From the human T2T-CHM13v2.0 reference genome, Homo sapiens, in the NCBI RefSeq assembly GCF_009914755.1, contig NC_060936.1: DNA of 64,000 nucleotides. The stretch is one strand, 5' to 3'. The notes beneath the pieces are model-generated. The model did not search any database and had not been told where the DNA came from. It was given only the letters and a program-made list of their open reading frames with translations. Shown here piece after piece: positions 18,066-30,975 of the stretch. The translations under genes and the position numbers were made by a program. The number at the start of each line of letters is the position of its first letter. Position 1 is the stretch's first letter.

Positions 18066-19627
18066 CTATCTATCCTTAAAAGGTCCTGTTTAAACGTTAC
18101 CTCCTGTGTGAATCTTTCTCTAATGTTACCATTATTCCACCGAAAAATCATATCTTCTGCTATATTTCTGTAGTATTTTCCATAGAGTTCTATTATAGTA
18201 TTATTAAAGTCTGCTTTCAATAATAGAGAAGTGAGTATCTGTCTTCTTCATTGGACTGCCTACCCCTTGGTGAAGAAATGAGGTGTTAATCATTTTTGAA
18301 GTCCCTAAATCGTCCAGCAGAGCATCTCACATATGGCAAGCATATGCTAAATGTTTGTTAAATTAAGTGACTTAATGAATACATGAAGACAAAATGACAA
18401 ATTCATTTCAGTGGCTTGGTATCCATTTGTGGGAGAGATTTGTATTTTGTACTCCATGTTATGAAAACTAAGGTTATCTTTTTCTGCCTAACAATAACAT
18501 TCATAACTATTTAAAACCTCCATATATCAAGAACCAGTTCCAGATAGGATATTGTGTTACAGAATGCAATGGACTTTGTTTCCATAGCACAGAAGACTTG
18601 ATTCTATTAGCCATGTAGCCATGGGCAAGTCACTTCATCTCTCTAAGCTTCAGTGGTGTCAGCTATAAAATGAAGGTATTGGACCAAGGATCTCAAAGCT
18701 GCTTTGTAATTCCTAAATTTTGCAATTCCATGACTCGTAAATTAATTTTAAATTAGTAACCTATTTGTTTACCCAGGAAAGAAAAAATAAGCCCAAAGAC
18801 AAAACTAAAATTCATATATATATATATATATGATAGGACGTGTAGACTAAAGGTCAGATGGCATTCACATTTCTTTCATGTATCTTCAGCAGTACCCACA
18901 GGGAGCACTGTGACTGCATTCTCAAATTAGCAATGATGAAACTTTTTTTCCAGCGGGAACATCTGGCAAGACAGGGCTAGGAAGTGACAGCTCCATCGGC
19001 CTGCCAGGCCAGCAGTGCTGCTAAGCATGAACGGAAGTCAGGCTCACTCTATAATCTGAGAGGCAGAGTGGTGAGCAGGCAGCAGGCATTCATTACAGAG
19101 GCTCGCAACAAGGCAATTTGATTCAATTAGTTGAATTCCAAAGTCTGGAAAAACCTAAGCTGAGACAGAAATTCGAGATAGCAGTGAAGCTTTAGTCTTG
19201 GGAAAATTGAGATATATTAACATATTTTTTTTTTGCCAAATGCCTTCCTTGTTCTTGTTCCACCCAAATGACTTTCCTCCAGGAGTTTTTTAGAGCATAC
19301 TTGGCCTCAGAGAGAGTATGCTGTTAACATCACAGGTGGTACAGCAGGCAGAGAAACCACAGGACAGTACTCTGTGGAGTTCTGGGTTTGAGGGGGTCAG
19401 CTACGGGGCAGCTGAACAACCCATGCTCTGAGACTGCTTGATCGACTTCAACCAGAGTAACTCTTATTTTATGCGTTTTATACAAGTAAGAGGAAGAAAG
19501 GTTTTCTCGGCTTTAAAAAGAAATGTTTGAAAACCACGAATCTAGAAGACTTTTGTAAGATTACATGACCACTATGATTTTATTTTCTCTTAACTTTTTA
19601 GCTTTATTTGAAATATTATGGATCTGT

Positions 19628-19677
19628 TATATATATGTGGTTATATATATATATACACACATATACATATATACACA

Positions 19678-19736
<59 letters not shown>

Positions 19737-19747
19737 GAGAGAGAGAG
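19628..19747. repeat. Compound (TA)n-(CA)n-(TA)n-(GA)n microsatellite
   Basis: Long pure CA run at about 19679-19728 flanked by TA and GA runs. Confidence 0.97.
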
Positions 19748-20129
19748 CCTGTCATTCCATCATTCTTTCTCTTTGCCTGAAGCCAGCATTTTCTGTGCAG
19801 ATAAGGATAATATCTTATGAGATGACGGAGCCACAGGATGGAAGGTATAGCAGGAGGAAGGCAATAAAAACAGGTAAAAAAAATAAAAAGAGAGAGAAAG
19901 GTGATATACATTATAATAGCTTTGGGATTAAATGAGAAAAGTAGTTCTTGATGGGACAACTTATTAACCTAGAATTATGATATTGGCATGGTATTTAGAA
20001 CAAGAGGATAAGGAACCCTGAAAAGCCAATAATGGATTAGACAGGCATTTTTATGTCCAAAAGTGTTAGAAAATTGAGAAAAAGACTACTTGTTGTTCCC
20101 TTAAACTTGTCCTCTCTTCTTCCACATAA

Positions 20130-20740
20130 TGGGGTTAAATTGGGTTCATGCCTGCCGGACTAGAGACAAGATACATCAGCTTTTTTTCTGGTTGCTGCTG
20201 TGAAAATATGGTTGAGCCTGTGGAATGCTAATGAAAGTGTTGCATGTAACTTTCAGGTCACCTCTAGCTAAAAGAAGTTCCTCGACCTAGAATTCCTCTT
20301 TTTTCTTCATCTTCCTATAAGCTGGAACATCAGTGACTGCAGTTCAGCTTTGACTACACAGGCAAAACAATACCCTGGAGTCTGGGAAATGCTTCTCAGA
20401 CCTCAACGTGCTTAGGAATCATGCAGAGAATCTTATTAGCAGACGATTCTAATTCCGTTATTTGGAGGGAGGATTGGAGATTCTGCATTTCTAACCAGCT
20501 TCCTGGTGATGCTAATGCTGTCAGCCCATGAACCACACTTTGAGTAGTAGTGCTTTGGAGGATGACAGAACAACAAATAGAAGGTCCTCGGTCCTTCCAC
20601 AATTGCATAGAGCAAAGCCACCTTGTAAACCTGCACTGCTCATTTCAAGACTATTATATGAGAGAAATTAATATTCGATTCTTTAAACCACTATATTATG
20701 AATGTCTCTATTTCAGTATCATAGCCTTTCCTTGAATACA
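20130..20740 (+). mobile_element. MLT1-like LTR interrupted by a MER5-family element (about 20388-20552)
   Basis: MER5 core ctgcatttctaaccagcttcctggtgatgctaatgctg...accacactttgagtag; LTR tail tatgagagaaattaatattcgattctttaaaccact. Confidence 0.6.
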
Positions 20741-21164
20741 AACATAACTAAAAATAAGGCAGTTTCATGTAGAACATTTAAATGAAGCCTGTACTTCCAT
20801 TTGACATTACATTGTATTATCTCTTGTTTTGTGGGGCCGTAAGTTTTCACATCTGTTATCGTTAAAGAAGCTTCATTTCCTTTAACTGTGTTTGTTGGCA
20901 TTTCTCTGTCAATCACAGCATCATCCCTTTGTAACAACTATGCAAGGGATAAGAGGAGAAAAATGCAGGGAAACCCCAAGTTTCTAGCTTGGATATCTGG
21001 GCAAATGGTGGTGTTACCAGGTAAAAGAGAAAAGAAAATAGACTGGGATGACATGAATAATTTTGAGACATGAGAAATTTAAGATGCTATGCTGTGGAAT
21101 GGCACTTTAAATTTGGAGAAGTCTGGGGAGACACGCGGCCTTGGGCATCATCAAAGTACAGGTA

Positions 21165-21365
21165 AGAGTGTTGGCAACTCCACTTATTAGCTATCTGACC
21201 TCGAGCAAATCACTCATACTTCCTAAGCATCCATTTTCTGATTAGTAATGTGAAAGATTAAAAGAATATCTATCGCTGAGCGTTGCCATATGTATTCAAT
21301 GAAACTACACAAGGAGAATTTAGCACAATACTTGGCACACAGAAGCACTCAATAAATCTTTGTTA
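21165..21365 (+). mobile_element. MIR
   Basis: cacttattagctatctgacctcgagcaaatcactc...tagcacaatacttggcacacagaagcactcaataaat. Confidence 0.7.
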
Positions 21366-24300
21366 TTTTTTTTCTGACAGCTGAAATCATGCACAGGTAG
21401 GACTGCAGAGGTGACTTTGTAGTGTGAGAAGAGAAGTGGCCTGAGAATGAACCAACACTTTCAATGCATAAGGAACAGATAAAAATAATACTCAGGAGAC
21501 CAAAGAAGGAATGGTCAGGACAAGAAAAGAAATGGGGGAAATAAGAGTGTCAAGGAGAGTGTGGTCAGCAGTGAGGGGATGCTGCAGAGACGTCTAATAA
21601 AATGATGAAGGAGAAGGGTTTGTGGGATCACAAATAGGTCATCGGAAATAGGTCACCAGACACCTTATTGAGAAGAGCACAGAAGCTGAGCTGCCCTAGG
21701 TTGGGGAGTTTGTATGGGAAGAAAAGGGGGAGATGAGATTTTAGAAAGCACAGAGGAAAACACATGGAAAGGGGTAAAGAAATGAGGACTCAGGGTTGAG
21801 AAGGGTCAGAGTCATAAAACAGTTAAGTTCCAGGGTGCAGTGGAGATTGCAGGGGAGGGCTTGCCTTTTGCTTTGACACTTTGCCCTCCTTTCTTGAAAT
21901 TACGGATCTGACAAGGATGGTTGGAGCTAACTTCAGGGTGAATACTCTGTGTTAAAACAGTGCGAGTGTTTGGAAGCTACATGGTTTAGACTTGGTGAGA
22001 GCTGGATGCTTGTACGTGAAGTACCTGTGACCTTCTGGTGAAGGTCCTCACGTGGGCAAGAGCTGTCGCCTGTGTTGTCTTCACTCCTCAGATACAAACA
22101 CAGCAACCTATCATTTACATAGACCCACCAGTGCCGATATCCCTGATGTGCCAGGCTCAGCTACTTAAACTTGCCTAGGAAGCTGCCGTGGACCGTGGCT
22201 TCTCTTTTCCCACCTGGATGTACTTTGTACACTCAGATTTCCTGCCTGATATGGCTTTTGTAATACAGATAGCTGATATCGTCAGGTACTTCCCTCTATT
22301 CTGGCTCCTTGTTCTAGACTCTTCTGCTCTGTCCTGCTGCTACCCAAGTCTTGGACTAACAGCAGTCCTGAAAATAAACGAGGACAAGCAGTGCTAGCAG
22401 ACAGTGTGCTGCCAAGTCCAAATGCAGGTCTATCAAGTAGTGTGAGGATCAAATCTACAGGCTGTGAGACCTGGGCTTAGACATCACTGTGCTGTTTCAT
22501 CAGTGGCTCTTAAAAGGCTGATTGAACATAAAAGAGAAAGGCTGATCTTCTGACCACGAGGCCCCAGAAAAAAGTCTACCTATCACCATCTGAGTGCTAT
22601 CTACGGCAGTGCAACTTTGCTGGGAGGGACGTCTCCAAAATGCTGAGCACTGTTAATGATAAGAACATCACTTAACAATGATGTGGGACTTTAAAGAGCC
22701 TCAAGTGATTTCACGCATGTCACCTCAGTTGTAAAGTGTTTTAGGTGATCTTTAGGAAGACACCCTTTAAGGAGTCTGAGAGCCTGAGTATCCCATATAA
22801 TTATATTCCTTCTGTGGGAATGGAAAGGATTAATATACTGTGACTGTTGTTGGAAAGCAAGGAGTGATAAACTCTCTGTGTTGTGCATCTGTAGCAAGGG
22901 AGGTATACATGTACAAATACGTCTGCTACTTGCAGCTCCTTTGTTTACAATTAGACTCTGTTATGGATACAATTTCTATAAAAGAATAAAGAGAAACATA
23001 AACCCTCAGAAGTAAGAAAACTGTGTCTGATGTCACTACGAACTCACAGCTACAGAAAGTGGTAACCCCTCTATTATTTTTCCCACCACTGACTGAGCCT
23101 TACTGATTTGGGGTTCCTTGAGTGTTCAGATATTGAAGACTCCCAGCTGTAGGCATAAGGCAGAAGCAGTGAAGAAGTAGTATCTGGATATTACTTGATA
23201 CTACATTTTTGGGAAATAAAGGGAAAGGAAAGTGCTTTGGACTAGACACTGTCTCTCAATGTTCTAGGTTTTCTATTTCGTGAAAAAGAGAAATGAATTA
23301 AGGTCTATTCCAGAGAGGGCCTGAGGTATCCCTAATTTTGAAAAGTCTTAGATCATGGAGTAAAATAGAAGTGAAGCAATGGACAGCAATGAAGGACTAG
23401 ATTTAAAAATGTTTTCAAGACACATAGGGGATCAGCTTCCAACAGCACAGAATAGCCTAGAAGCACTAGACTGGCCCTGTCTCTAGTCATCAGGGATAGG
23501 GGCACGCCCTCTGGACAAAGGCACTGGGAAGACTACAAGTTAAAGGAGTTAAGTTGCCAATGCAGCCAAGTTCTATAAAGCATCCTTGGGAAAAAAGGTC
23601 AACCGCTACAGCAACAACTACAAAACAATCTGTCTTATTTCAAGCCGTGTGTGAGAGCTACTAGTCAGGCACTGCTCTTTTTAGCTTCATCTGTGCCCAG
23701 GGAGATTAACTCTATCTGTAGCAGCACTTGAGAAATGCTATCTGCCATGTAGGATCTGTGTGGGATGCAGATGAAAAGACCAGTAGAGCCCTAACACAGT
23801 AGACATATAACATGGTCCTTGGGGTTGAATTATTTTATTGAATGGTTTTGTTGTACCTCTCCCTGAAGCTTTGCGTAAAAGAGGTGTTTTTAAAAATTTA
23901 ATAAGAGGAAATGTTTTTACCATCTTTTCATTTCTAAAATTCTTGTTGAGGTAATGTTGACCCTAGAGCCTTTTGTTAAACATCGTTATTTGTTTTGATA
24001 TGTTTCCTTGTTGCAAAGCTTTTTTTATGAAGCAAGAGTTCAGATTAAAGATGAACAGAGGATTTACTGCAACTAGAATAAGGCGCTGAACAATGTTCAC
24101 TAGCATTCACATTTCCAAGCTCTACTAGTGATGTGAACTATATTTAGAAAAAAGACACGGGGTCTCTTTTTTTCTCTGACAGTACATGTTTTCTGTCATT
24201 CATGCAGCTATTTGGTGGTTATATAGTACACTGCTTTGCTCTTCAAACAGAAACTTTAAATGCTACTATTAATCAGGAATATCATTTGCATACTTTTAGT

Positions 24301-24603
24301 CTCAACTAAAATAATTTCCCCAAACTTGAGTCTTCAGAAGATAATGAATGCCCTGAATGTCAATTCTATTTATTTGATATTTAAAAACCATGTCCTTTCT
24401 CAGAGCCTCCAGGCACATGCATAATAACATAATCCACAGAAGTACTTCAAGCAGATAAATGTACCACACAACCAGAATTAGCAGTACACAAATGAATGAC
24501 TTATGTTCTACCTGGGTAGAGCAGTACAAAATATGTCATTCACATGGTGGTCAAACAGGAGTATACTCACGTTCACTTAGGGAGTTACAAAAATGAGGAC
24601 CTA

Positions 24604-24733
24604 CCATCCATTCCATTCATCCATCCATCCATCCATCCATCCATCCATCCATCCATCCATCCATCCATCCCATCCATCCATCCATCCATCCATCCATCCA
24701 TCCATCCATCCATCCAACCATCCATCCGTCCAC
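24604..24733. repeat. (TCCA)n tetranucleotide microsatellite at the end of an L2
   Basis: About 130 bp of ccat units with a few interruptions; source of the IHPSIHPS ORFs. Confidence 0.97.
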
Positions 24734-24734
24734 C

Positions 24735-25810
24735 CACTTATTTACTCAACAAATACTAACAGTATGTTTGCTATATTCTAAGCACTGTTCTGGATGTGTC
24801 AGTGAACAAAACATATGAAGGTGCCAGTCCTTGTGGGGTTTACCTTCTAAGTGGGGAAGACAGATAATAATTAATAAGCATAATAAATAAAGTATATAGT
24901 CTGTTAGAAGGTGATAAGTGCTGTGAAAAAAGAGAAAGTGCAGTGGGGGGATCGGAAGTACTGGAGTGTGTGTATGGTGTGGCAGGTGCAGTATTAAATA
25001 GCGTGGTTAGGGGAAGTTTCATTCAGAGGAGAAGATTTGGACAAAGATTTAAAGACAGTGGATTGGCTGGGCACAGTGACTCATGTCTGTAATCCCAGAA
25101 CTTTGGGAGGCCGAGGAGGGCAGATTGCCTGAGCTCAGGAGTTCGAGACTAGCCTGAACAACATGGTGAAACTCTATCGCTACTAAAATACAAAAACCCA
25201 GCCAGGCATGGTGGTATGTGCCTGTAATCCCAGCTACTCAGGAGGTTAGGTTGAGGCGCGAGAATTGCTTGAACCCAGGAGGCAGAGGATGCAGTGTGTT
25301 GAGATTGTGCCACTGCACTCCAGCCTGGGTGACAAAGCAAAACTCTGTCTCAAAAAATAAAAAAGTAAAAAATAAAGACGGTGGATTGGCTGTGTTGAGG
25401 GTGAAGATTTCAAGTAGAGAGAACAACTAGAGCAAAGGCCCTCAGGAAGGAGGGTCCAGCATATGTTCAAGAAATAACAAGGAGACCAATGGGGTTGGAG
25501 CAGTGTGTGTGCACAGAGAAGAGAGGGAACCAGGGGCCAGATAAGTGAGGGCTTATAAGACCTGGCAAGGATTGCCTTTCAATCTGAGGGAAATGGGGAG
25601 TCAGGGTATGCATTTGAGCAGAGTTGTGACATGATCTGGCTTACATTTCAGCAGAATCACTTTGACTGCTGTGTTGAGTAAAGCTAATAGGTCTTTTCAG
25701 AGGCTGTGGAAGTAATTCAGAAGGAAGGGGCTAGTGGCTTGGATAAGGTACTAAAGTAAAGGCAGCAAGAAGTAGTTAGATTCTGGGTATCTTGACGGTA
25801 GACCAGCATA
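24735..25810 (-). mobile_element. L2 (L2a-like) 3' remnant interrupted by an Alu
   Basis: tttactcaacaaatactaac...ctaagcactgttctgga...; catttgagcagagttgtgacatgatctggcttacatttcagcagaatcactttgactgctgtgttgag. Confidence 0.8.
25065..25373 (+). mobile_element. Alu (AluS/J), TSD aaagac(a/g)gtggatt
   Basis: Full dimer; TSD at 25051-25064 and 25374-25387. Confidence 0.93.
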
Positions 25811-26892
25811 ATTTCCTGAAACACAAAATAAAATCATCCTTGTTCTCTAACATGGATCAGGAATCTGTCAGTTTGGTGGTTGCAGCTGTGTGTCATGGGT
25901 CTCAGCTTGAAGAGGACTGTATTCGTTCATCGTGTGTGGGAACATATGGGTGACTGGCAGGGACAGGCTTGCAGCAGTCTGTGCTCAGTGAGGATTCCAG
26001 GGGCCTGGAAAGACTCTGCTCAGAGATTCAAGGAATAATAGATGAGTATCAGAGAGAATGGGTGATTCTGAATGATTTTAAAATCTGGCACTCTGACTGT
26101 GCCCTGGCCAGTCTCCCATGGACCATCCCTTAAGATGAAGAGGTTTCAATTAAATAGCTGTATCATGAAACATTTTTGGACATTGAGAACAAAAGGAGTA
26201 GGCAGAATTAGCACCAGCAACTTTGTCAGCAAGAAGAGATGGTGCCATATTGCAGATATTGGTGCCCTCAACATTGGGCACCAGCAGTTGGCAATGATGG
26301 CCACTTTGGCAGGCTTCAGTGGCATTGGCAGAACATTCAGTTGGCATTGGCTAAGGTGCCCTTGATGGGAAGACACTGGGTATCATAGCCAGAGACACAG
26401 ACATCAGTACCTTTGACACATTGGGCACCTGCAGCTCTGAAGCAGCCCTTGGCATTCATTAGTGGCAGATTTGGCACCTTCAGTGAGTATGAAGAGGACT
26501 GAGAGCACTTTTGGTAGGTCCTGGTGGCACTGTCTCAAGCTGTGGTGACAGAAGACATCACCACAATAGGCTAGAGCAAGAGAGGCAGAAAAGGGCAGAT
26601 GTCTCATGGTCAGCGGTAGTCTAGTTAACAGTGCACATGTGACAGGAGACACTTTGAATGAATCATTAGAAGGAATTTCAGTAAGGCCTAGAATATGCAG
26701 AGAAGTGTTGCTCTATGATTGTTGCTGTTATCCTATTTTGAAGCCCTGGTTGGAGTTCCTGAAAACCCCTTTTATATTTATAGTTAAGGGATAATCTAAG
26801 AACTATTCCACTACCATTGGAGTGAGAACAGCAGTCACAACAAAAAATAGCTTGATCTTTAGGAAAATGTTTCCAGCCTCATAGTCTGTTGT

Positions 26893-26946
26893 ATGTGCGT
26901 GTGTGTGCATGTGTGTGTGTGTGTGTGTATGTGTGTGTATGTGTGT
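26893..26946. repeat. Imperfect (TG)n microsatellite
   Basis: atgtgcgtgtgtgtgcatgtgtgtgtgtgtgtgtgtatgtgtgtgtatgtgtgt. Confidence 0.92.
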
Positions 26947-27257
26947 TTGTCAGTCTAGAATTTCTAATTATCTCAGACAATGGAGTGACTAAGAATCTTC
27001 AGCTCTATTTATGGGAATCCCCAGTAGAGTCACTCTTACAATAGTTTTAGTAGTTATTATTTATTTAATTCAATAAGAATTTTTAGGCACTATAGTGCAT
27101 CATATGTATAACATCATTCTAGATATTGTATATCTAGGACAATATATATATAACATCATCCTAGATATTATATAAATGCAAAAGGGAATAAAGTTCCTAC
27201 CTTCCAGGAATATGTAATTTCCTTGGGTATACATTTGAAATACATGCAAATAAAGTT

Positions 27258-27548
27258 CTGTGTCACTTAACAACAGGGATACATCAGAATGTGTCCTTAG
27301 GTGATTTTGTCATTGTGCGAACATCAGACAGTGTACTTACGCAAACCTAGATGGTATCACCTGCTAACCATCTAAGCTATTGCTCCTAGTCTATAAACTT
27401 GTCCAGCATGTTACTGTACTGAAAACTGTAGGCAACTTAACATAAATTACTAGGTGATGGAAATTTTTCAGCTCTATTATAATCTTATGGGACCTCTTAT
27501 ATATGTGGTTCATCACTGACCCAAATGTTGTTATATGGCACATGACTG
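27258..27548. mobile_element. Tigger3/MER7-like TcMar-Tigger non-autonomous element
   Basis: tgtgtcacttaacaacagggatac...gtgtacttacgcaaacctagatggtat...; terminus ttatatggcacatgactg followed by TA. Confidence 0.8.
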
Positions 27549-27734
27549 TATACAAAGATAAGTGCCAGTTTTTATAAGTTCTAGAAAAAAATGCTAGAGT
27601 GGATTGGAAACATTTGGGTGAATTTCTTTTATAGTTTCTCTTGGGGTTAATATATGGTGAAGTAAGTGATTGTATGTGTGCTTGTGTGTACATGTTTGTC
27701 AGAGAGAGGGATGCAGGTGGGAGGGGTGGGGGGC

Positions 27735-27768
27735 AGAGAGAGAGAGAGAGAGAGACAGAGAGAGAGAA
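27735..27768. repeat. (GA)n microsatellite, preceded by G-runs and followed by (CCTAGT)4 at about 27808-27830
   Basis: Direct reading. Confidence 0.9.
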
Positions 27769-28899
27769 AGGGAGGGTGAATATGGACATCCATTTCTCTT
27801 TATTGTCCCTAGTCCTAGTCCTAGTCCTAGCAGGCACAGGCAGCATCCTCTGTCTGAAGTGACTCCTTCAATGTCCTAGTTGGCTAAAAACACCTGTTCA
27901 TTCTTTGAGATTCAGTTCAAGCACCATCCACCTGCCCAAAAAGCTTTCCCTGATCCCCATGCATTTAGCTCTTCTCTCCTCTTGTAGCATTTTCCACATA
28001 GTATTCTAGTTTTTGACATATCTATCTCTGTCTAAAATGCAGGCAGAACTCCTTGAGGCAGGGACCAAGTCTTCTCCATGTTTCCATTCCCATCTCTGGA
28101 CTTAGCATAGAGCTGAAATGAATAGACAGTCTGATTGAATGGATGGACAATGAGCAATTTGCTAATGAATGTCTGTGCATGGCCGTGTGGGTGTTTGCAG
28201 ACGTTATGCCTCTGGAGTTGCTCTAGCTTCCTTTCATCTACCTCTGAGCCTGCTGGGTCTCGGGACACAAGGTAATTGTTACTTTATGTCTACATCACGT
28301 GGCACTCAGAAAAGTGATCTGGCTGAAGTGCATGATAATGTAATTGAGTCCCAGAGGTGACAGGCAGGGAAATTGATCTCTCTATATTTACTGAAATAAT
28401 CTCTTGTACATCTGTGGGGAAAATTTCACATTCAAAACTTTCTTATGATACATTTACCTCTTAGTATTTAGAAAATTGTAAATACAATCCTTTGCCACCA
28501 AGCAGTAGCTTCCAAGTAAAGAAGGGGTTGAGGGTTAAAACTAATATAATGCATTGAAGAAAAAGCTTTTAACCTGTCAGGACTCTGTGATTCATAAATT
28601 ATAACCTTAGAAATCATTTAAAGTGTATCCATTTAGCACTTATACCTTCATGAATTCATGGAACAACAAGTAAAGCTAAAATGTATTTCCTCTTGAAGAC
28701 ATGAAAGAGGAATCTTGCAGTTTCTTGGGTACTCGTTTCCTTTGATAAGGGCAGTAGTTATCTATTAACTGAATGTCTATTTACTAAAATACAAAGCAAT
28801 AGACTTGTGTGAAATAGTAAAAATGGCCAGTCATTTTTTCCCCAAGATGAGTAAATTGATGGGTGATTCCACAGAGTACAGAGACGGGGCACTCCAGTA

Positions 28900-29150
28900 A
28901 TAGGAAGTAGAGGAAAGCAGTTAAGGGCATAGACTCTGGAGCCAGCCTGGCCAGTTTCAATCCTGACTCTGACACTTACTAGTGGTGTGACCTCAGGCAA
29001 GTTACTTAACTTCTTTGAGCTTTAATTTCTTCACCTGCAAAATAGGGATTTAATTTTGAGATTTAAATGTGTTAATTTAGAGTTAATCTGAAGTACTTAG
29101 AATAGTGCCTGGCACGTAGGCAATTTTCTATTTAAGTGATTGCTATTAAC
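28900..29150 (+). mobile_element. MIR, near full length
   Basis: gttaagggcatagactctggagccag...tgtgacctcaggcaagttacttaacttctttgagc...cttagaatagtgcctggcacgtag. Confidence 0.85.
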
Positions 29151-29715
29151 ATAGGGGTTTGGCCCAGAATGTCTTTCTGGCATGCTGAGGAACATCTTGG
29201 GGAACGTGTATTCTTTAGATAGAGTTCACTATGGATCCACAGAAGACCAACCATCAGGCTAGAACCCAAAGCCAAAGGATAGGTGGAAGGACTACTGGTT
29301 TGAAGTAGAAAATCTCATTGATTACCGCCCCTCCTCATCCCCCACAAAAATAACCACAAAGAAATACCACGTAATGAAACAGTGCTTAGCTTAGGGAAGG
29401 AAGAATAGTAACTATGTCACTTGTTTAGCCTGCTTCATTAAGCTCACTATAGGTATTTGTTTGGGTTTGAAATATTTGACTCATTATAGCTTGAAGGACA
29501 AAGTGATGAATGAAATTTATAGCTGGATTGATGGCACTAGCTGTATTTCAGCTGTAATAACCAGAGGATGGTTATTACGAATGAGAAAAAATAGCATCTC
29601 TATCTGCCTGTTAGCTAAACATATGCTTTGGATCACTTTTTGCTTGGAGTGTCATGAGTTATCACAAACTTCCACAACAAAGAAGTTTTCTTTTTTAACT
29701 TTGATCTATGTATTA

Positions 29716-30020
<305 letters not shown>

Positions 30021-30667
30021 TAGGAATGGCTTTTTGATTCATCTGTCTCCTTCTCCAGGAACCTACTCCTGATTCCCTGAACAGAAGAGACCTTCCCTTT
30101 TACTTAACGTACAAAACTTGTTATTTTTACTCCTATTATAGCTTGTTTCATGTTCTGACTTGTACTATATTAAGATCATTTGCATATTGGTCTGACTTCC
30201 TTTGCTAGACTAAAATCTTCTTGAAGGCAGATACTGTGTAATTTCATCTTATTTTTCTCCTTGCACTGTGTCTTGGGACATAAGTAAATGCTCAATTCAT
30301 TTGCAGACATAACTTGAACAGAAATATCTCACTTGAATGCCATTGATGGAAAATAAGAAATATAGCCAAATTCTATTCAACAATTAAGTTAGCACTTATT
30401 TCAATTGTATGGTAAAGGCAGGTGACAATGCCTTATTCAAAATGGCGAATATGCTGTTTTACAGTTTTCGTGTAAATGCACACAGTTCTGCTTTTCTGTG
30501 AAATCACAATGCCTTTAGCAACTAAATGGAACTACACTGTCAAGATCTGACTGCTCAGCTTCTCAGTTCACTTCCATTCCATTCTATGCTATGTATATTT
30601 ATATTGAGTCCTTGCTTCTAAGAGATGCAGACAGGAAGATCTCTCTGTATTAGGCTTATTCATTTAA

Positions 30668-30975
<308 letters not shown>

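Noticed and set aside
21835-22345. Possible ancient LTR (TG...CA ends)
   Set aside because: Plausible, but I could not match a family, TSD or poly(A) signal well enough to list it.
24544-24781. IHPSIHPS repeat ORFs; also HTHTHT/CVCVCV (19565-19959) and ERERER (27641-27879)
   Set aside because: Microsatellite translations.
26150-26347. Cys/His pattern CSQCPKMFH suggesting a PHD/zinc finger
   Set aside because: No further correctly spaced ligands, no convincing splice sites, and no recognisable homologue.
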